From contig AP024596.1 of NCBI GenBank assembly GCA_019704295.1, forward strand, positions 512,001-576,000: a stretch of 64,000 nt of DNA, given 5' to 3'. Positions within the stretch are counted from its first letter, which is position 1. Every line of letters starts with the position of its first letter. The position numbers were made by a program, and so were the translations under genes. Source of the DNA: Sulfolobales archaeon HS-7 (lineage in GTDB: Archaea > Thermoproteota > Thermoprotei_A > Sulfolobales > Sulfolobaceae). Below the pieces are notes generated by a model. The model did not search any database, was not told where the DNA came from, and was given only the letters and a program-made list of their open reading frames with translations. Positions 9,579 to 21,253 of the stretch are shown here, one piece after another.

Positions 9579-11495
9579 TTAAACATCGAACCTTTCCACT
9601 TCCCTGTCGATCTTAATTTTCCTCTTTTCATCTAATAGTATTATCTCATTAACTCTGGTTTTCTTACTTAGTATAACACTACTACCTCTACGTTCAATAA
9701 CGTTTCCATCTCGTAGCTTTATGACTCCCTCACCCATAATATATAGGTTTAACCCATTCTCGTTAAGCGGTATAACTGAATTATTCCTAATGTATATTGG
9801 GAAGTGTTCGGAGGATGTAATCCATCCATGATGGCACTTTTCCCAATTCCAAAAGTTAACCCATTCATCCCTCGGTAAATACACATCTCTTTCGTCTTGA
9901 GGTAAAGTGTGAGGAGCGTAGAGTATTCCTGAACCAATCATCATTTCGTCATTAATCTGATACGCGTCCTCATCATTAGGGAAATGATATGGTAAAGGTC
10001 TTATAATAGGATGACCAGTTTGGTGTGATTCAAGTACTAACGCATTAATATATGGAATAAAGGAACGCCTTAACTTTATCGTATCCTCAATTAACTTCCT
10101 ATATTTTGATGGAATGGTAAAAATCTCATTATCCTCACCTCTCTTAGATTTATGAGCTCTGAATATAGGTAGAAATAGTGCAACCTGATAAAATCTAACC
10201 TTGAGCAGTGGATCTTCCTCCGTGCCTTTTTCCCTGCTTACGAAGCCGCCTATATCGAAACCAACATAGGGAACACCGGATATCGAGAGACCTAACATAA
10301 TAGGGATCTGTAACTTCAGATCGGAATAACTCTCCCTTTCATCTCCACTCCATATCGCAGCATACTTCTGAATTCCTGCATAACCAGCCCTACTTAAGAC
10401 GAAGGGTTCTAATCCTTCCTCTTCCATGGCCTCATAAGTAGCCATAGCCTCAAAATACGCATAACTATTATGGGCTTCGTTATGCCTTACTTTACGTCCA
10501 TTAATACGATGAGTTGCGTTTTCGGGTAGAGTGGATATTTTGAATACTGCTGGTTCATTCATGTCGATCCACAGACCGTCTATTCCTAATTTCAACCATT
10601 TCCTCACTTCCTCCTTCCACCAACTCCTAGCGTTTTCACTCAGAAAATCAACCCAACAGGAGGGGCCTGACCACATATCCCCTACGAATATAGCCCCAGA
10701 ATCAGTCTCAACGTAAGACCCTAAACCTCTTCTGAAAACTTCATAGTTCTGATCGACTCTAATTGCAGGGTCCAAAATAGTAACAACCCTCGCTCCTAGG
10801 TTATGAATAGAGTCTATCAGGCCTTTAGGGTCGTTAAACTTTTCCTTATCCCAAGTAAACATCTTATAGTTTTCCATATAATCTATGTCCAGGTAAATAC
10901 TGTCAATTTTTACATTATGCTTTTCTAAAAGTTCAATTACCCTCTGTTGTGGATAGTATGAGAACCTACTTATCTGGTAGCCTAGAGCCCACTCGGGAAG
11001 TAAAAAAGGATATCCTGTGAGTCTTGTGTATTTCTCAATTACCTCTTCAACTGACTTACCGTCAAAAACAAAGAGTTCATATGATGGAGAATAAACCTCT
11101 ATAGCTATCTTATCATAAAACCTTACACCGAAATCAAATACGCTTTTCCCAGGATAGTTAAGGAAGTAGCCAGTAGCCTTACCTTTTGAAATTGATATGA
11201 AGAAGGGAATCGACACGTATAGCGGATCGGTGTACCAACTATATCCGTAGGAATCCGTATTCCAATTAGTGAGCACAGTTCTACGTCTATCAATAGGATA
11301 TGCCTTTTCTCCCATGCCTAATATATGCTCATCAATGGAGAGTTCCTTTAAGATAAGATTCTCCCTTATTTCAAGTCTTTCAGGAAGTTCTGTCAGGCTA
11401 CTCTCAGATTCCTTCTCAAATTTGAAATCAACAACAGGTTCATACTCGTTAACTACTATCCTAAATATTCCTTTGCCTTTTTCTACTCTGAACAT
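9579..11495 (-). CDS. malA: alpha-glucosidase, glycoside hydrolase family 31
   Basis: PLYVSIPF, LDIDYM, GLWIDMNEP nucleophile motif, WSGD, DIGGF. Confidence 0.93.
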   Translation of the reverse strand: MFRVEKGKGIFRIVVNEYEPVVDFKFEKESESSLTELPERLEIRENLILKELSIDEHILGMGEKAYPIDRRRTVLTNWNTDSYGYSWYTDPLYVSIPFFISISKGKATGYFLNYPGKSVFDFGVRFYDKIAIEVYSPSYELFVFDGKSVEEVIEKYTRLTGYPFLLPEWALGYQISRFSYYPQQRVIELLEKHNVKIDSIYLDIDYMENYKMFTWDKEKFNDPKGLIDSIHNLGARVVTILDPAIRVDQNYEVFRRGLGSYVETDSGAIFVGDMWSGPSCWVDFLSENARSWWKEEVRKWLKLGIDGLWIDMNEPAVFKISTLPENATHRINGRKVRHNEAHNSYAYFEAMATYEAMEEEGLEPFVLSRAGYAGIQKYAAIWSGDERESYSDLKLQIPIMLGLSISGVPYVGFDIGGFVSREKGTEEDPLLKVRFYQVALFLPIFRAHKSKRGEDNEIFTIPSKYRKLIEDTIKLRRSFIPYINALVLESHQTGHPIIRPLPYHFPNDEDAYQINDEMMIGSGILYAPHTLPQDERDVYLPRDEWVNFWNWEKCHHGWITSSEHFPIYIRNNSVIPLNENGLNLYIMGEGVIKLRDGNVIERRGSSVILSKKTRVNEIILLDEKRKIKIDREVERFDV

Positions 11496-11569
11496 CTAGG
11501 TATTATGAAAACCTTTGTTGTAAATAACGTCTTCTAATGAAAAACCGTCTTAATTAGAGTCATTAGGAG

Positions 11570-12148
11570 CTACTCAGGCCTGAACCTAGCTAAAATTATT
11601 CCTCCAGGCGACGACTCTACAGAACTTACCTTCATTCCGAAAGCCTCTAATAGCCTTTTTAATGATTTGCTTGCACAATAGGTAGACTCCCTGCTAAAGC
11701 CAGTTCCAGATACTTGCATCTCTACGTCTCCATTAACTTCCCTGACAACAATACTGGAGATGGGTAGGACTGGCTTTACCTTCTCGTATAACTGTAAAAG
11801 TTCAGTCAACGTCTTAGCGCGTAACTTTAAGTATAACCCTAGCTGTTCTCCCGACTCTGAACAGATCTTATCGAACTCTTCTTTGCTTTCCTTAAACATG
11901 GTTACCGAAACGTTATCTAAATACCAGGCAGTAACTGGTATTACATTTATACTCTTCGTGATTTTAAACAACTCGATTAACGCCTCTAGAGTTGAAAGAT
12001 CTTCCCCCTCCCTTAAGACTTCGAGAACTAGCTTCAGTGCTACGTTGGTTAAGAAGAACATTGTATATCCTTTCTTCTTAGCCATATCCTCCAACTGTTC
12101 AACTATCTTCTCATCTGCAGCTACGTTAACCCTTGCCATAATTAACAT
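11570..12148 (-). CDS. hypothetical protein with ribbon-helix-helix-like N-terminus (possible regulator)
   Basis: ARVNVAADEKIVEQLEDMAKKKG fits a beta-alpha-alpha pattern; directly upstream of GH31 on the same strand. Confidence 0.6.
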   Translation of the reverse strand: MLIMARVNVAADEKIVEQLEDMAKKKGYTMFFLTNVALKLVLEVLREGEDLSTLEALIELFKITKSINVIPVTAWYLDNVSVTMFKESKEEFDKICSESGEQLGLYLKLRAKTLTELLQLYEKVKPVLPISSIVVREVNGDVEMQVSGTGFSRESTYCASKSLKRLLEAFGMKVSSVESSPGGIILARFRPE

Positions 12149-12546
12149 GTGTATTTGATTAGTGGCTTCTTATAAAACTAGCTATCTATTATTAATTAAG
12201 CATGATTCGCTATTAAAGATTTTATCTTATTATTTCACTACAATTAAATCCCAAATTATAAACAGGATTAGTGCAACTACGAAGCCACCCAAATACCAGT
12301 TATCGTCGTTAAATAGGTTTTTTATCAAATCAAGAAGTGAGTCAACACCAGACCGAGACTTCATAAGTATAAATTGTAATTACTTTGAATAAAAAATTTT
12401 CCCTTAAATATCCTAATGGTATAATCCTTTTTTATTACTTATTTAGTAGAAATTTTATATTATAAAAATTCTACTTTATTTCGTTAACTTAGACGTTAAA
12501 CCTGTTTAATGTATTACTTATATATTCACATTAATAATTTACAATT

Positions 12547-13977
12547 ATGACTTCATATGAAGAGAAGGGTTACGAGATTGTAGCTAGATTAGATAGAATC
12601 CCCACGTGGGCTTTAAACTACATTTTCATAGGCATTCTAGGAGTAGGCGAGTTATTTACTTTTTTCGATATATTTAATATAAACGTCAGTTGGGTACAGA
12701 CTGCAGTAGTTCTGCTTCACGCTACTCCTGCAACAGCCAGCGTATTAGAAGGACCAGTAGTCCTGGGCAATTTAATAGGTTATGTTATAGGTTCCCTCAT
12801 CCTATCTCCGTTATCTGATAGATATGGCCGTAGGGATATGTTAGTTATAACCATGTTAATTACAGCTCTTGGCTCGCTTTTTAACGTATTTGTAGCGAAT
12901 TATATAGAGATACTAGCAGCCAGGACTATCACAGGAATAGGAATAGGCGCTGATCTTGCGATAGTGAACACTTACGTAGGAGAAGTAGCTCCAGTGAAAG
13001 CTAGAGCAAAATACGTATCAATGATTTTCATTTTTTCAACAATGGGAGCGTTCTTGGGAATATGGGTAGGACTTCTTCTAACTACACCGCCAGCCCCTTT
13101 CCCTTATGGCCTTCCCATAGCTCTGGGTAGTTCAGGAATCTTCGCAACCGACGGGTGGAGAATAATGTATGGAATAGGCGCTTTACTCGCATTTATAGGA
13201 ATACTCCTAAGGTTCCAGTTACCCGAATCACCAAGATGGCTCTTATCGAAAGGGCGAATGGCTGATGCAGAGAAAATTGTAGAGCACATGGAAAAAAGAG
13301 CGGAATCAAAGGGAGTAAAGCTTCCCAAACCCTCGATAATACCAGTAAACCTCTCAGGTACGAAACCGGTTCCATATAGCGAAATATTTAAAAACAGGTT
13401 ATACCTGAAGAGGTTTGCATTCTTATTGCCAATGTGGTTCTTAGCCTACTCCACAGTTTACTCTATCGCCGCTGGGCTAACCTCGCTACTAACAGCAGAA
13501 AAGTACAGTGTTCCGGAGGCCGGAATCATCTCAGCAATGGGTGTAATAGGTTTCGTTATAGTAGGTCCAGTTGCAACCTTTCTGGGTGATAAGCTTGAAA
13601 GAAAATATTGGTTAGGAATTGGTGCAATCCTTACCGTAATCGGAGGAGTTGTTGTGGGTCTAACGCCGAATATAATAGTTGATATTATAGCTTCAATCGT
13701 CCTTTTCTTCGGATTTAACATATGGGTTCCCATAGCATATACTTGGACTATGGAAAGTTATCCCACTAGGGCTAGGACAAGCGGATTCGCACTAAATGAC
13801 GGATTAGGTCATCTGGGAGGTGGCATAGGTGTGGTCGCAATTACGTCTTTATCCCTAATTTTACCCGCTTTAGAGTTGTTCGGAGTAATATCAATCTTCC
13901 TCGTTATAGCAGCGGTAATAGCGATAGTTTTCGGTCATTATACGACTAACAGAAGACTTGATGAGGTTTCTCCTTAA
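12547..13977 (+). CDS. MFS transporter (sugar porter/SV2-like)
   Basis: about 12 TM helices; LSDRYGRR, EVAPVKARA, LPESPRWL, ESYPTRAR motifs. Confidence 0.93.
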   Translation: MTSYEEKGYEIVARLDRIPTWALNYIFIGILGVGELFTFFDIFNINVSWVQTAVVLLHATPATASVLEGPVVLGNLIGYVIGSLILSPLSDRYGRRDMLVITMLITALGSLFNVFVANYIEILAARTITGIGIGADLAIVNTYVGEVAPVKARAKYVSMIFIFSTMGAFLGIWVGLLLTTPPAPFPYGLPIALGSSGIFATDGWRIMYGIGALLAFIGILLRFQLPESPRWLLSKGRMADAEKIVEHMEKRAESKGVKLPKPSIIPVNLSGTKPVPYSEIFKNRLYLKRFAFLLPMWFLAYSTVYSIAAGLTSLLTAEKYSVPEAGIISAMGVIGFVIVGPVATFLGDKLERKYWLGIGAILTVIGGVVVGLTPNIIVDIIASIVLFFGFNIWVPIAYTWTMESYPTRARTSGFALNDGLGHLGGGIGVVAITSLSLILPALELFGVISIFLVIAAVIAIVFGHYTTNRRLDEVSP

Positions 13978-14813
13978 CTTATCTTCTTAGGTATATCCCT
14001 TTTTAAGAAGCTGAAAAAGGCCACAAATACCGCTGACACCGAATAGCTAATTGTGTATAAATATGCCTCTAATTGAGTACCTGCGATAATAGGAAAAACC
14101 TCTACCGCTTCAACTATAAGGGAGGCATTAGGAATATGAGATGCTAAGAGGAAGGGGAGTTCGGTCGCCCCCCATGATGGTAATACTATTGCGATCTGTT
14201 GGAAAAGCAGATCGTCAGTCAATCTGGAGACGAATATTAACACTGCCTCAATCAGCAAGGAACCAATAAGAATAGAGCTTGCTGCTAAGAAAGCCAAGTT
14301 ACTTCTCCTAATTATCTCACCTAACATATAAGCAATTGAGTAAAAAGTCAGAGAGGAAAAGATCACCAAAAAGAATAGAGCAGGGATATAATTAAGGCCT
14401 GTTTGATCGCCAAATAGTAAGAACGACATGACGAGAGATATAGTTAACATTAGACCGTAAACAGCTATAAAAAGTATGTATCCGCCGAGGAATTTTCCGG
14501 TAGCAAAACTCAACCTGCTCAATGGCTTAGTTAGGAAAAAATCTACAGTTCCCTGTTCATATTCCTCTGATAATGAACCTGACGCAATAGATATCGCTAT
14601 AAAGTGGAGAAGTAAGCTCTGAGGGAGTAAAGCTCCTGCAATCCAGAGTACGGATTTTAAGGGTTGAATAATGGAGAGTAACGCCTGACTTTTGACTTGC
14701 GACAATGCGACATAAGTCCCAACCTCAAAGATCACCGTTATAGCTATAATTACGAGGACTTTCTTTCTGGCAATGGATCTTTTGATTTCATAGCTAATTA
14801 TTTTTTCTAACAT
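13974..14813 (-). CDS. ABC-2 type exporter permease
   Basis: SEEYEQGTVDFFLTKPLSR...GKF motif; about 6 TM helices; overlaps the ATPase gene. Confidence 0.9.
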   Translation of the reverse strand: MLEKIISYEIKRSIARKKVLVIIAITVIFEVGTYVALSQVKSQALLSIIQPLKSVLWIAGALLPQSLLLHFIAISIASGSLSEEYEQGTVDFFLTKPLSRLSFATGKFLGGYILFIAVYGLMLTISLVMSFLLFGDQTGLNYIPALFFLVIFSSLTFYSIAYMLGEIIRRSNLAFLAASSILIGSLLIEAVLIFVSRLTDDLLFQQIAIVLPSWGATELPFLLASHIPNASLIVEAVEVFPIIAGTQLEAYLYTISYSVSAVFVAFFSFLKRDIPKKIS

Positions 14814-15708
14814 CTTTCGACGCCTCTATTAAGGCATTAATGTATGCATCCTCCAGGGAGAGATCTGTGGAGTAATCAATAACGGAAACGTTGTCCTCTA
14901 TTAAGGTTTTGAGAAATTCCTCCCTTCTATCCTCTCCCATAAGTACTATTACTTTCCCGTCCCTAATCTCCGTACTTTTTATGAAGCCTAATCCCTTTGC
15001 AACCTCAATTACCTTTTCTGGAGTTCGGGAAGTTATGATTACCCTAAGTCCTAGGAACCTTGCTACAAGATCTTCGGGATCCCCTGCGTAGAACACTCTT
15101 CCCGCAAAGATTAAAAACACCCTGTTACATAGCTTTCTTACCTCCTCTAATTCGTGAGTCGTCATTACTATTAGCGAACCGCTTTTCCTCTTCTCTCTTA
15201 AAACGTCTCTAATGTGTACATTTAACGCCGGATCAGTACCTATATTCGGTTCATCCATAACTATGACTTTTGGATCTCCCAACAAGGCCTCAGCCAACGC
15301 AATCCTTTGCACCATTCCCTTACTATACTTGGCTATTTTCTTCTTAGCGTGGTTTGACATTCCGACGAGATCAAGGTACTCATTAACGCTAAACTCTGGA
15401 ATTCCTTTCAATCTAGCAGATAACTTCAGGACCTCCTCCCCCGATAAAAATGGGGGTAGATTAGGTAGTTCCTGAACATATCCTATTTCCTTAAAAATAC
15501 CCTTCTCCTTAAAGGGCGATTTTCCCATAATTCGTACTTCCCCCATTTCCGGGTAGATTAGACCCAACGCAACTCTTAATAGAGTGGTCTTTCCTGCTCC
15601 ATTTGGCCCCAAAATTCCGTATATAAGAGGCTTATCCATGGTAATCGAGACGCTATCAAGTGCTATCCTCTCTCCATACCGTTTTGACACGTTTACTATC
15701 TCTATCAT
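14794..15708 (-). CDS. ABC exporter ATP-binding protein
   Basis: GPNGAGKTT Walker A, YSKGM signature, VMDEP Walker B. Confidence 0.95.
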   Translation of the reverse strand: MIEIVNVSKRYGERIALDSVSITMDKPLIYGILGPNGAGKTTLLRVALGLIYPEMGEVRIMGKSPFKEKGIFKEIGYVQELPNLPPFLSGEEVLKLSARLKGIPEFSVNEYLDLVGMSNHAKKKIAKYSKGMVQRIALAEALLGDPKVIVMDEPNIGTDPALNVHIRDVLREKRKSGSLIVMTTHELEEVRKLCNRVFLIFAGRVFYAGDPEDLVARFLGLRVIITSRTPEKVIEVAKGLGFIKSTEIRDGKVIVLMGEDRREEFLKTLIEDNVSVIDYSTDLSLEDAYINALIEASKDVRKNN

Positions 15709-15738
15709 TTCAATATAACTCGTTTTCTGGTTTAAGTG

Positions 15739-17424
15739 TTATTGTGATACTTCTTCTTCTGCTCTCCTCAGAGCTCTGTATCCTATATAAAGTGTTAAAG
15801 CCAACACGACCACAAGTATAAATGGGCTAACGGGATTTGACGAATGTGTTAATGATAATATACCCCCTGAAACTCCTGCGCTAACTATTACTTCAAAAGA
15901 CACGATAAGGATGAACATTAAAACGGCAAATATAGGCGAACCGTATTTCCCGAGGAATGCTGTTTTATTCATAATGTCTGTAATTTTTCTCCTGCCTAAC
16001 AGTATTTCATAAATAGGTAAGAACAAAACCGCTATTGATAGCGCAGGACCTAAATAACCTTCGATTGACGTAAATCCGTATAATGAAAACAAGTAAACTA
16101 CGAGAAGGAAGGTGTACGAGACGAAAATATAAGCTAAAAACTCCTTATAAACCTCAATGGCCCCTATCTTCATTGCTTCAGTTATCTTATTCTTGCTTCT
16201 AGATAGCCTAAGGTTCACAGAATCTCTAATGGCAGAAATCGTACGATCAATTCGTTTACTCCATGCGGGAAGCGCGTTCGTTATCTTCTCCTGAAACACT
16301 CTATCATATCTCGTAGATATTGATGCGAAGATTGATGATAGTGCTACCACCATTATTGTGACAAAGTATACGGAGGATGAAGTTACCCCTATGGATAGAC
16401 CGTATGAGGCTATGACTATTCCGAACTCACTTATTGGTGACATATAAAACCCTAATCTGATCGAACTTGAACCTGGTATACCAATAAGGTAAGAAGAAAC
16501 CACAAATGCGAACATTTTGGCGATTATTAAGATCAAAGATATTGCGACGACTTCCCCTACTACGGTTATACTTGGAAGAGAAGGCAATTCTGCACCTGCA
16601 ATTACGAAAAATATGACGTAAAAGAAATCCCTAAGCGGAACAATCAACTTATCTATTGAGTCAGATTCTGGCATGGTGGATATCGAGAGCCCTATAATTA
16701 GTGCCATCAAAGCAGATGAAACGCCGAGAAGGGGAGATATAGTTTCCGTTAAAAGTACAAGGGTGATCGACGCGATTACTACTAAGTCCTGTCCCCCTTT
16801 TATGGTAGTCCTAATAGCTCTTCTCCCTAAGAAAAAGCCCAATCCTATTGAGAAAATTACACCTAAAATGACTTCATTAAGTTTGCTAACGACTTGAATA
16901 ATATTTCCACCGCTAACTAATATTGGGAATAGGGACAGTTGAAAGAGAGCGACTACGTCTTCCATAGAAGCGAGACCTAACATCAAGTTCCTGAAAGAAG
17001 AGTTCTCCAAAAGTCCCTTCTCTTCAAGGAGTTTAAAAGTTATCGCGGTACTAGTGTTAAGTGCGGTAAATAATATAGTGAGTTCGTCTCCGAAATCGTA
17101 GTTCATAATCCGTGTAATTCCATAAGCCACTCCGAAAACTATTACTATCTCTATTAATATTATTGGAATTATCTTACTTAATTCCCTTTTAAGATAAGAA
17201 ATCTTTAGATTCATTCCGATCTCGAAGGAAATAATCGCTATAGCTAGTCCTGAGAAAAAGGTGAGAAGTGGCGAATTGGCGTCTACTAGATGAAGGAGAG
17301 AGCCGAAAATTATACCCGCAATAACGTAGCCTGCAGTCGCCGAGTAACCTCTTATTCTAAGGAGATAACCCATAAACGCAGCCGAAGCCAATAGCAATGC
17401 TATTACAGCTACGTTATTCGTCAT
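15739..17424 (-). CDS. cation:proton antiporter (CPA2/KefB-like) with extra C-terminal TM segments
   Basis: FEIGM, STAITFKLL, SMED, FFVIAG, ISEFG motifs. Confidence 0.88.
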   Translation of the reverse strand: MTNNVAVIALLLASAAFMGYLLRIRGYSATAGYVIAGIIFGSLLHLVDANSPLLTFFSGLAIAIISFEIGMNLKISYLKRELSKIIPIILIEIVIVFGVAYGITRIMNYDFGDELTILFTALNTSTAITFKLLEEKGLLENSSFRNLMLGLASMEDVVALFQLSLFPILVSGGNIIQVVSKLNEVILGVIFSIGLGFFLGRRAIRTTIKGGQDLVVIASITLVLLTETISPLLGVSSALMALIIGLSISTMPESDSIDKLIVPLRDFFYVIFFVIAGAELPSLPSITVVGEVVAISLILIIAKMFAFVVSSYLIGIPGSSSIRLGFYMSPISEFGIVIASYGLSIGVTSSSVYFVTIMVVALSSIFASISTRYDRVFQEKITNALPAWSKRIDRTISAIRDSVNLRLSRSKNKITEAMKIGAIEVYKEFLAYIFVSYTFLLVVYLFSLYGFTSIEGYLGPALSIAVLFLPIYEILLGRRKITDIMNKTAFLGKYGSPIFAVLMFILIVSFEVIVSAGVSGGILSLTHSSNPVSPFILVVVLALTLYIGYRALRRAEEEVSQ

Positions 17425-17670
17425 CGCTATATCAACCCCTTAACTAACATTAGTTTCTCTTCTCTCTCTTCTTTAAATAAGATCGTAAGTAAGTATTTCA
17501 ATTCGGAACGGGGGGCTAAATTAGTCCTTGTTTTGCCTGATAGTATTAAGATTTTTTCTTCCCCCGTCGCTCTCACTAAGATAATGTATTACAACGAGTT
17601 AAATATTTTCTACGAGTGGAGTTACATTTTTAGCAATAGAAATTCATTACGCTCAATTCATGCATAATAA

Positions 17671-17678
17671 TTTAAAAA
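17671..17678 (+). promoter_or_regulatory. putative archaeal TATA box for the sdh operon (leaderless geometry)
   Basis: TTTAAAAA centred about 25 nt upstream of the sdhA ATG. Confidence 0.55.
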
Positions 17679-17699
17679 GAATCGTCAATAAATAAGTCT

Positions 17700-19394
17700 A
17701 TGGAGAAGTCTTCTTATGATGCAGTTGTAGTGGGAGCTGGACTCGCTGGTTTAATGAGCGCTTATTACATAGCGAAGGACAAGCATAGAGTAGCAGTAAT
17801 ATCAAAGGTGTTCCCAACCAGATCTCATTCCTCGGCAGCAGAAGGGGGGATAGCGGCGTATATTAAAGGAAACTCAGATCCTAATGATAATCCCGACTAT
17901 ATGACTTATGATACAGTTAAGGGCGGAGATTACTTAGTCGATCAAGACGCTGCAGAATTACTTTCAAATAAATCTGGTGAAATTGTAGAGATTATGGAAA
18001 GATGGGGAGCTTTATTCAATAGACAGCCTGATGGAAGAGTAGCTATAAGGTATTTCGGAGGTCAAACCTATCCTAGGACGAGATTCGTAGGGGACAAGAC
18101 AGGAATGGCCCTTCTTCACACCCTCTTTGAAAGAACTTCTGGTGAAAATATAGACATTTTCCCAGAGTGGTTCGCCTTAGATCTCGTCATCGATGATAGC
18201 AAGAGGGTTAATGGAGTTGTCGCGATGGAAATGAAAACTATGAATCCCATATTTTTCAAAGCTAGAGCAGTAGTGCTAGCCACAGGAGGAATGGGTATGT
18301 TATACAGGCATACCACGAACTCATACATTAATACGGGTGATGGTTACGGGATGGCACTAAGGGCTGGGGCCCCTATAAAAGATCCCGAATTCGTGCAATT
18401 TCACCCGACCGCGTTGTATCCCTCAGATATATTAATTAGTGAGGCCGCCAGGGGTGAAGGGGCTATATTAAAGAATGTGAATGGAGAGAGATTTATGACG
18501 AAATATGCGCCACACAAACTAGATCTTGCACCCCGAGACGTTGTATCAAGAGCCATATTAACGGAAGTTAAAGAAGGTCGTGGATATCCTGGAGTTTACG
18601 TCGGACTTGACTTAACTCACTTAGGCGAGAAATATATAAAGGAGAGACTTGCCTTGGCATATGAAGCAGCAAAAACTTTTGCTGGAGTGGACGCAGTAAA
18701 CGAACCCATACCAGTGAGGCCAGCTCAACATTACTACATGGGTGGAATTGACGTAAATACTATGGGACAAAACGAGGAAATAAAAGGACTTTTTGCTGCA
18801 GGGGAAGCTGCGTGCGTCTCCGTACACGGAGCCAATAGGCTGGGTTCTAACTCATTACTTGAAACATTGGTCTTTGGCAGAGAGACCGGCATAACCGTCT
18901 CTAGGTACCTAAGCGCAACACCTGAGTTAAGTGTTGATACAAATCCAGAACCTATTCTTGATGAAGCGTATAAATTCGTTAAAAGCGAATCTGGAGTTCC
19001 ATTTGGGGAAATATTAGAAAAACTAAGGGACGCAATGTGGGACAGAGTGGGAGTGTTTAGAGATGAAGACGGACTTAGAGAGGCCCTCTCTACAATTACA
19101 TCCCTTCGTGAGAAAGTTAAGGAGATGTATGTAACTGATAAAAGCGGAGTTTATAACACCGAATTCTTTAACGCGCTCGAAATGAGGAACATGATGGATC
19201 TGGCAGTGGTAATTGCTAAGGCAGCCCTGGAAAGAAGGGAGTCGCGCGGTGCCCATTATAGACTTGATTACCCGAAGAGAGATGATGCGAATTACCTAGT
19301 ACATACGCTTGCGTATATCAGGGGTAATACCGTAGAAATTACAACAAAGCCGGTAAGAATGACAAGGTGGCAACCCGAGGAAAGGGTGTATTAA
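17700..19394 (+). CDS. sdhA: succinate dehydrogenase flavoprotein subunit
   Basis: [16 protein letters not shown] (FAD-binding His), [30 protein letters not shown]. Confidence 0.97.
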   Translation: MEKSSYDAVVVGAGLAGLMSAYYIAKDKHRVAVISKVFPTRSHSSAAEGGIAAYIKGNSDPNDNPDYMTYDTVKGGDYLVDQDAAELLSNKSGEIVEIMERWGALFNRQPDGRVAIRYFGGQTYPRTRFVGDKTGMALLHTLFERTSGENIDIFPEWFALDLVIDDSKRVNGVVAMEMKTMNPIFFKARAVVLATGGMGMLYRHTTNSYINTGDGYGMALRAGAPIKDPEFVQFHPTALYPSDILISEAARGEGAILKNVNGERFMTKYAPHKLDLAPRDVVSRAILTEVKEGRGYPGVYVGLDLTHLGEKYIKERLALAYEAAKTFAGVDAVNEPIPVRPAQHYYMGGIDVNTMGQNEEIKGLFAAGEAACVSVHGANRLGSNSLLETLVFGRETGITVSRYLSATPELSVDTNPEPILDEAYKFVKSESGVPFGEILEKLRDAMWDRVGVFRDEDGLREALSTITSLREKVKEMYVTDKSGVYNTEFFNALEMRNMMDLAVVIAKAALERRESRGAHYRLDYPKRDDANYLVHTLAYIRGNTVEITTKPVRMTRWQPEERVY

Positions 19395-20375
19395 ATGAGT
19401 TCTACCGCTGAATTACAAAAAGGAGTAATAAAGGAAGAAAAAACCGAGATAGTTGTGAAAGTAAAGAGATTTTCTAAAGAGAGAGGAGAATGGTGGCAGG
19501 AATACAAATTGGCAGTGGATAGGTTTACTCAAATTACAGAGGTGTTAAGGAGAATACGTTCAGAACAAGATCCAAGTCTCTCATATAGGGCGGCTTGTCA
19601 TATGGCGGTATGCGGTAGCTGCGCTATGAAGATTAATGGGGCGCCAAGGCTTGCCTGCAAGACGTTAGCGCTAGATCTGGTCAAGCGCTACAATGATAAC
19701 GTAATCACGCTGGAACCAATGGACAGGTTTCCAGTAGTTAAGGACTTAATAACGGATATGACTGAGTTTTACGACAAAATGTACTCAGTTAAGCCTAGGC
19801 TTTATCCATCTCCTCAAGTATTAGAAGATAAAGCTCAGCACAGATTAAGACCTGAAGATCAAAGGCTCCTGTGGAAGTACGCTCAATGTATTTGGTGTGG
19901 CTTATGTGTATCCTCATGTCCCGCGGTTAGAATCGACGAGAAGTTCTTAGGGCCTGCTGCACATGCTAAGGGTTTCAGGTTTCTCGCAGATCCTAGAGAT
20001 ACGATTCAGGAGGAGAGAATGAAGATCCTTTTAGATAGCGCATGGCGTTGTACTTATTGCTATATGTGCTTCGAGGTGTGCCCAAGGGAAATAGAACCAG
20101 TGGAGGCAATAAAACTAACAAGAACTTACACGCCGCCTGAGGGAATGAGTGAGGTTTCACGAATGGGCGAGAAGCATACAGATGCTATAAAGGAGTCTAT
20201 AACTAAAAGTGGGAAACTTATGGAAGCCTATGTTTATGGAAAGGCATACGGCGCTGGAGCGATAAGAGATTTCGTATATTTCCTTGCTAGTGGTAGAGGA
20301 AAGTATCTCTTAGTAAGGGAGAAACCAGTTAACAATATTAGCGAAGTAAAGAAACTCATGGGTGAAGCTAAATGA
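19395..20375 (+). CDS. sdhB: succinate dehydrogenase Fe-S subunit, type E (2Fe-2S plus two 4Fe-4S)
   Basis: CHMAVCGSC...C; [12 protein letters not shown]; [12 protein letters not shown] (extra Cys in the third cluster motif). Confidence 0.96.
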   Translation: MSSTAELQKGVIKEEKTEIVVKVKRFSKERGEWWQEYKLAVDRFTQITEVLRRIRSEQDPSLSYRAACHMAVCGSCAMKINGAPRLACKTLALDLVKRYNDNVITLEPMDRFPVVKDLITDMTEFYDKMYSVKPRLYPSPQVLEDKAQHRLRPEDQRLLWKYAQCIWCGLCVSSCPAVRIDEKFLGPAAHAKGFRFLADPRDTIQEERMKILLDSAWRCTYCYMCFEVCPREIEPVEAIKLTRTYTPPEGMSEVSRMGEKHTDAIKESITKSGKLMEAYVYGKAYGAGAIRDFVYFLASGRGKYLLVREKPVNNISEVKKLMGEAK

Positions 20376-21253
20376 AAATAGCTTATTATCCTGGTTGTGC
20401 TACTCACGGTTATGCCCATGATGTAGATACTGCGACGAAAATTGTCGCAGAGACTCTAGGAATAGAATTAGTAGAGGTTGACGATTGGAATTGCTGTGGT
20501 GGTGGATTTTTGGATGAGAAAGATCCTGTTAGCCACGTAGCTCTTAACCTCAGGAACCTTTCACAAGTGGAGAAAATGGGATTTAACAAGATGACTACGC
20601 CGTGTAGTGTGTGTTTACATAGTCACAGAAAGGCAGAGGTAGTGTATAAGGAAGATACAAACTTAAGGAGGAGTGTTGACGAGAGAATAAAGGAGACCTC
20701 CGTCAAATATAGTGGCAACTCGACTACGGAGCACCTAGTGTGGATATTAGTAAGAGATGTGGGAGTAGAGACGATAAAATCAAGAGTCAAGAAGCCGCTT
20801 ACAGGAATAAGAGTAGCTGCTTTCTACGGATGCCAAATGCTGAGACCGTCAAAGTACTTAGGTTTCGAAGACCCCTTCACTGCTAAGAGCCTTGAAACCT
20901 TAATTCAAACGACAGGAGCTACCCCTGTTACCTTCCCGATGAGAAGCGCGTGTTGCGGTTTTCCATTAATGGGAAGTAATGAGAAAGGAGCTCTAAGGCT
21001 AGCCTTTAATGTGTTAAATAGTGCCAAACAGATGAATTCCGATTTACTAGTTCATCCATGTTCTCTGTGTCATCTACAGATGGATATAACTCAAGAGAAA
21101 GTTAAGGCGGAATTCAATCTGACCTGGAGACTGCCTGCTATATATATAACACAACTTTTAGGATTGGCGTTTGGATATAGTGCGGATGAATTGGAAATTC
21201 CTAAATACGCTAGGGAAGTCCTCACTGAGAAGGGATATCTAACTACCTTTTAA
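20372..21253 (+). CDS. sdhC: succinate dehydrogenase CCG-domain subunit (SdhC/SdhE, HdrB-like)
   Basis: YYPGC, WNCCGGG, PCSVC, FYGC, ACCG, PCSLC; ATGA overlap with sdhB. Confidence 0.93.
   Translation: MKIAYYPGCATHGYAHDVDTATKIVAETLGIELVEVDDWNCCGGGFLDEKDPVSHVALNLRNLSQVEKMGFNKMTTPCSVCLHSHRKAEVVYKEDTNLRRSVDERIKETSVKYSGNSTTEHLVWILVRDVGVETIKSRVKKPLTGIRVAAFYGCQMLRPSKYLGFEDPFTAKSLETLIQTTGATPVTFPMRSACCGFPLMGSNEKGALRLAFNVLNSAKQMNSDLLVHPCSLCHLQMDITQEKVKAEFNLTWRLPAIYITQLLGLAFGYSADELEIPKYAREVLTEKGYLTTF

Noticed and set aside
17508-17567. ACGGGGG...CCCCCGT inverted repeat between the antiporter and sdhA
   Set aside because: only 7 bp with a long spacer; cannot be separated from chance
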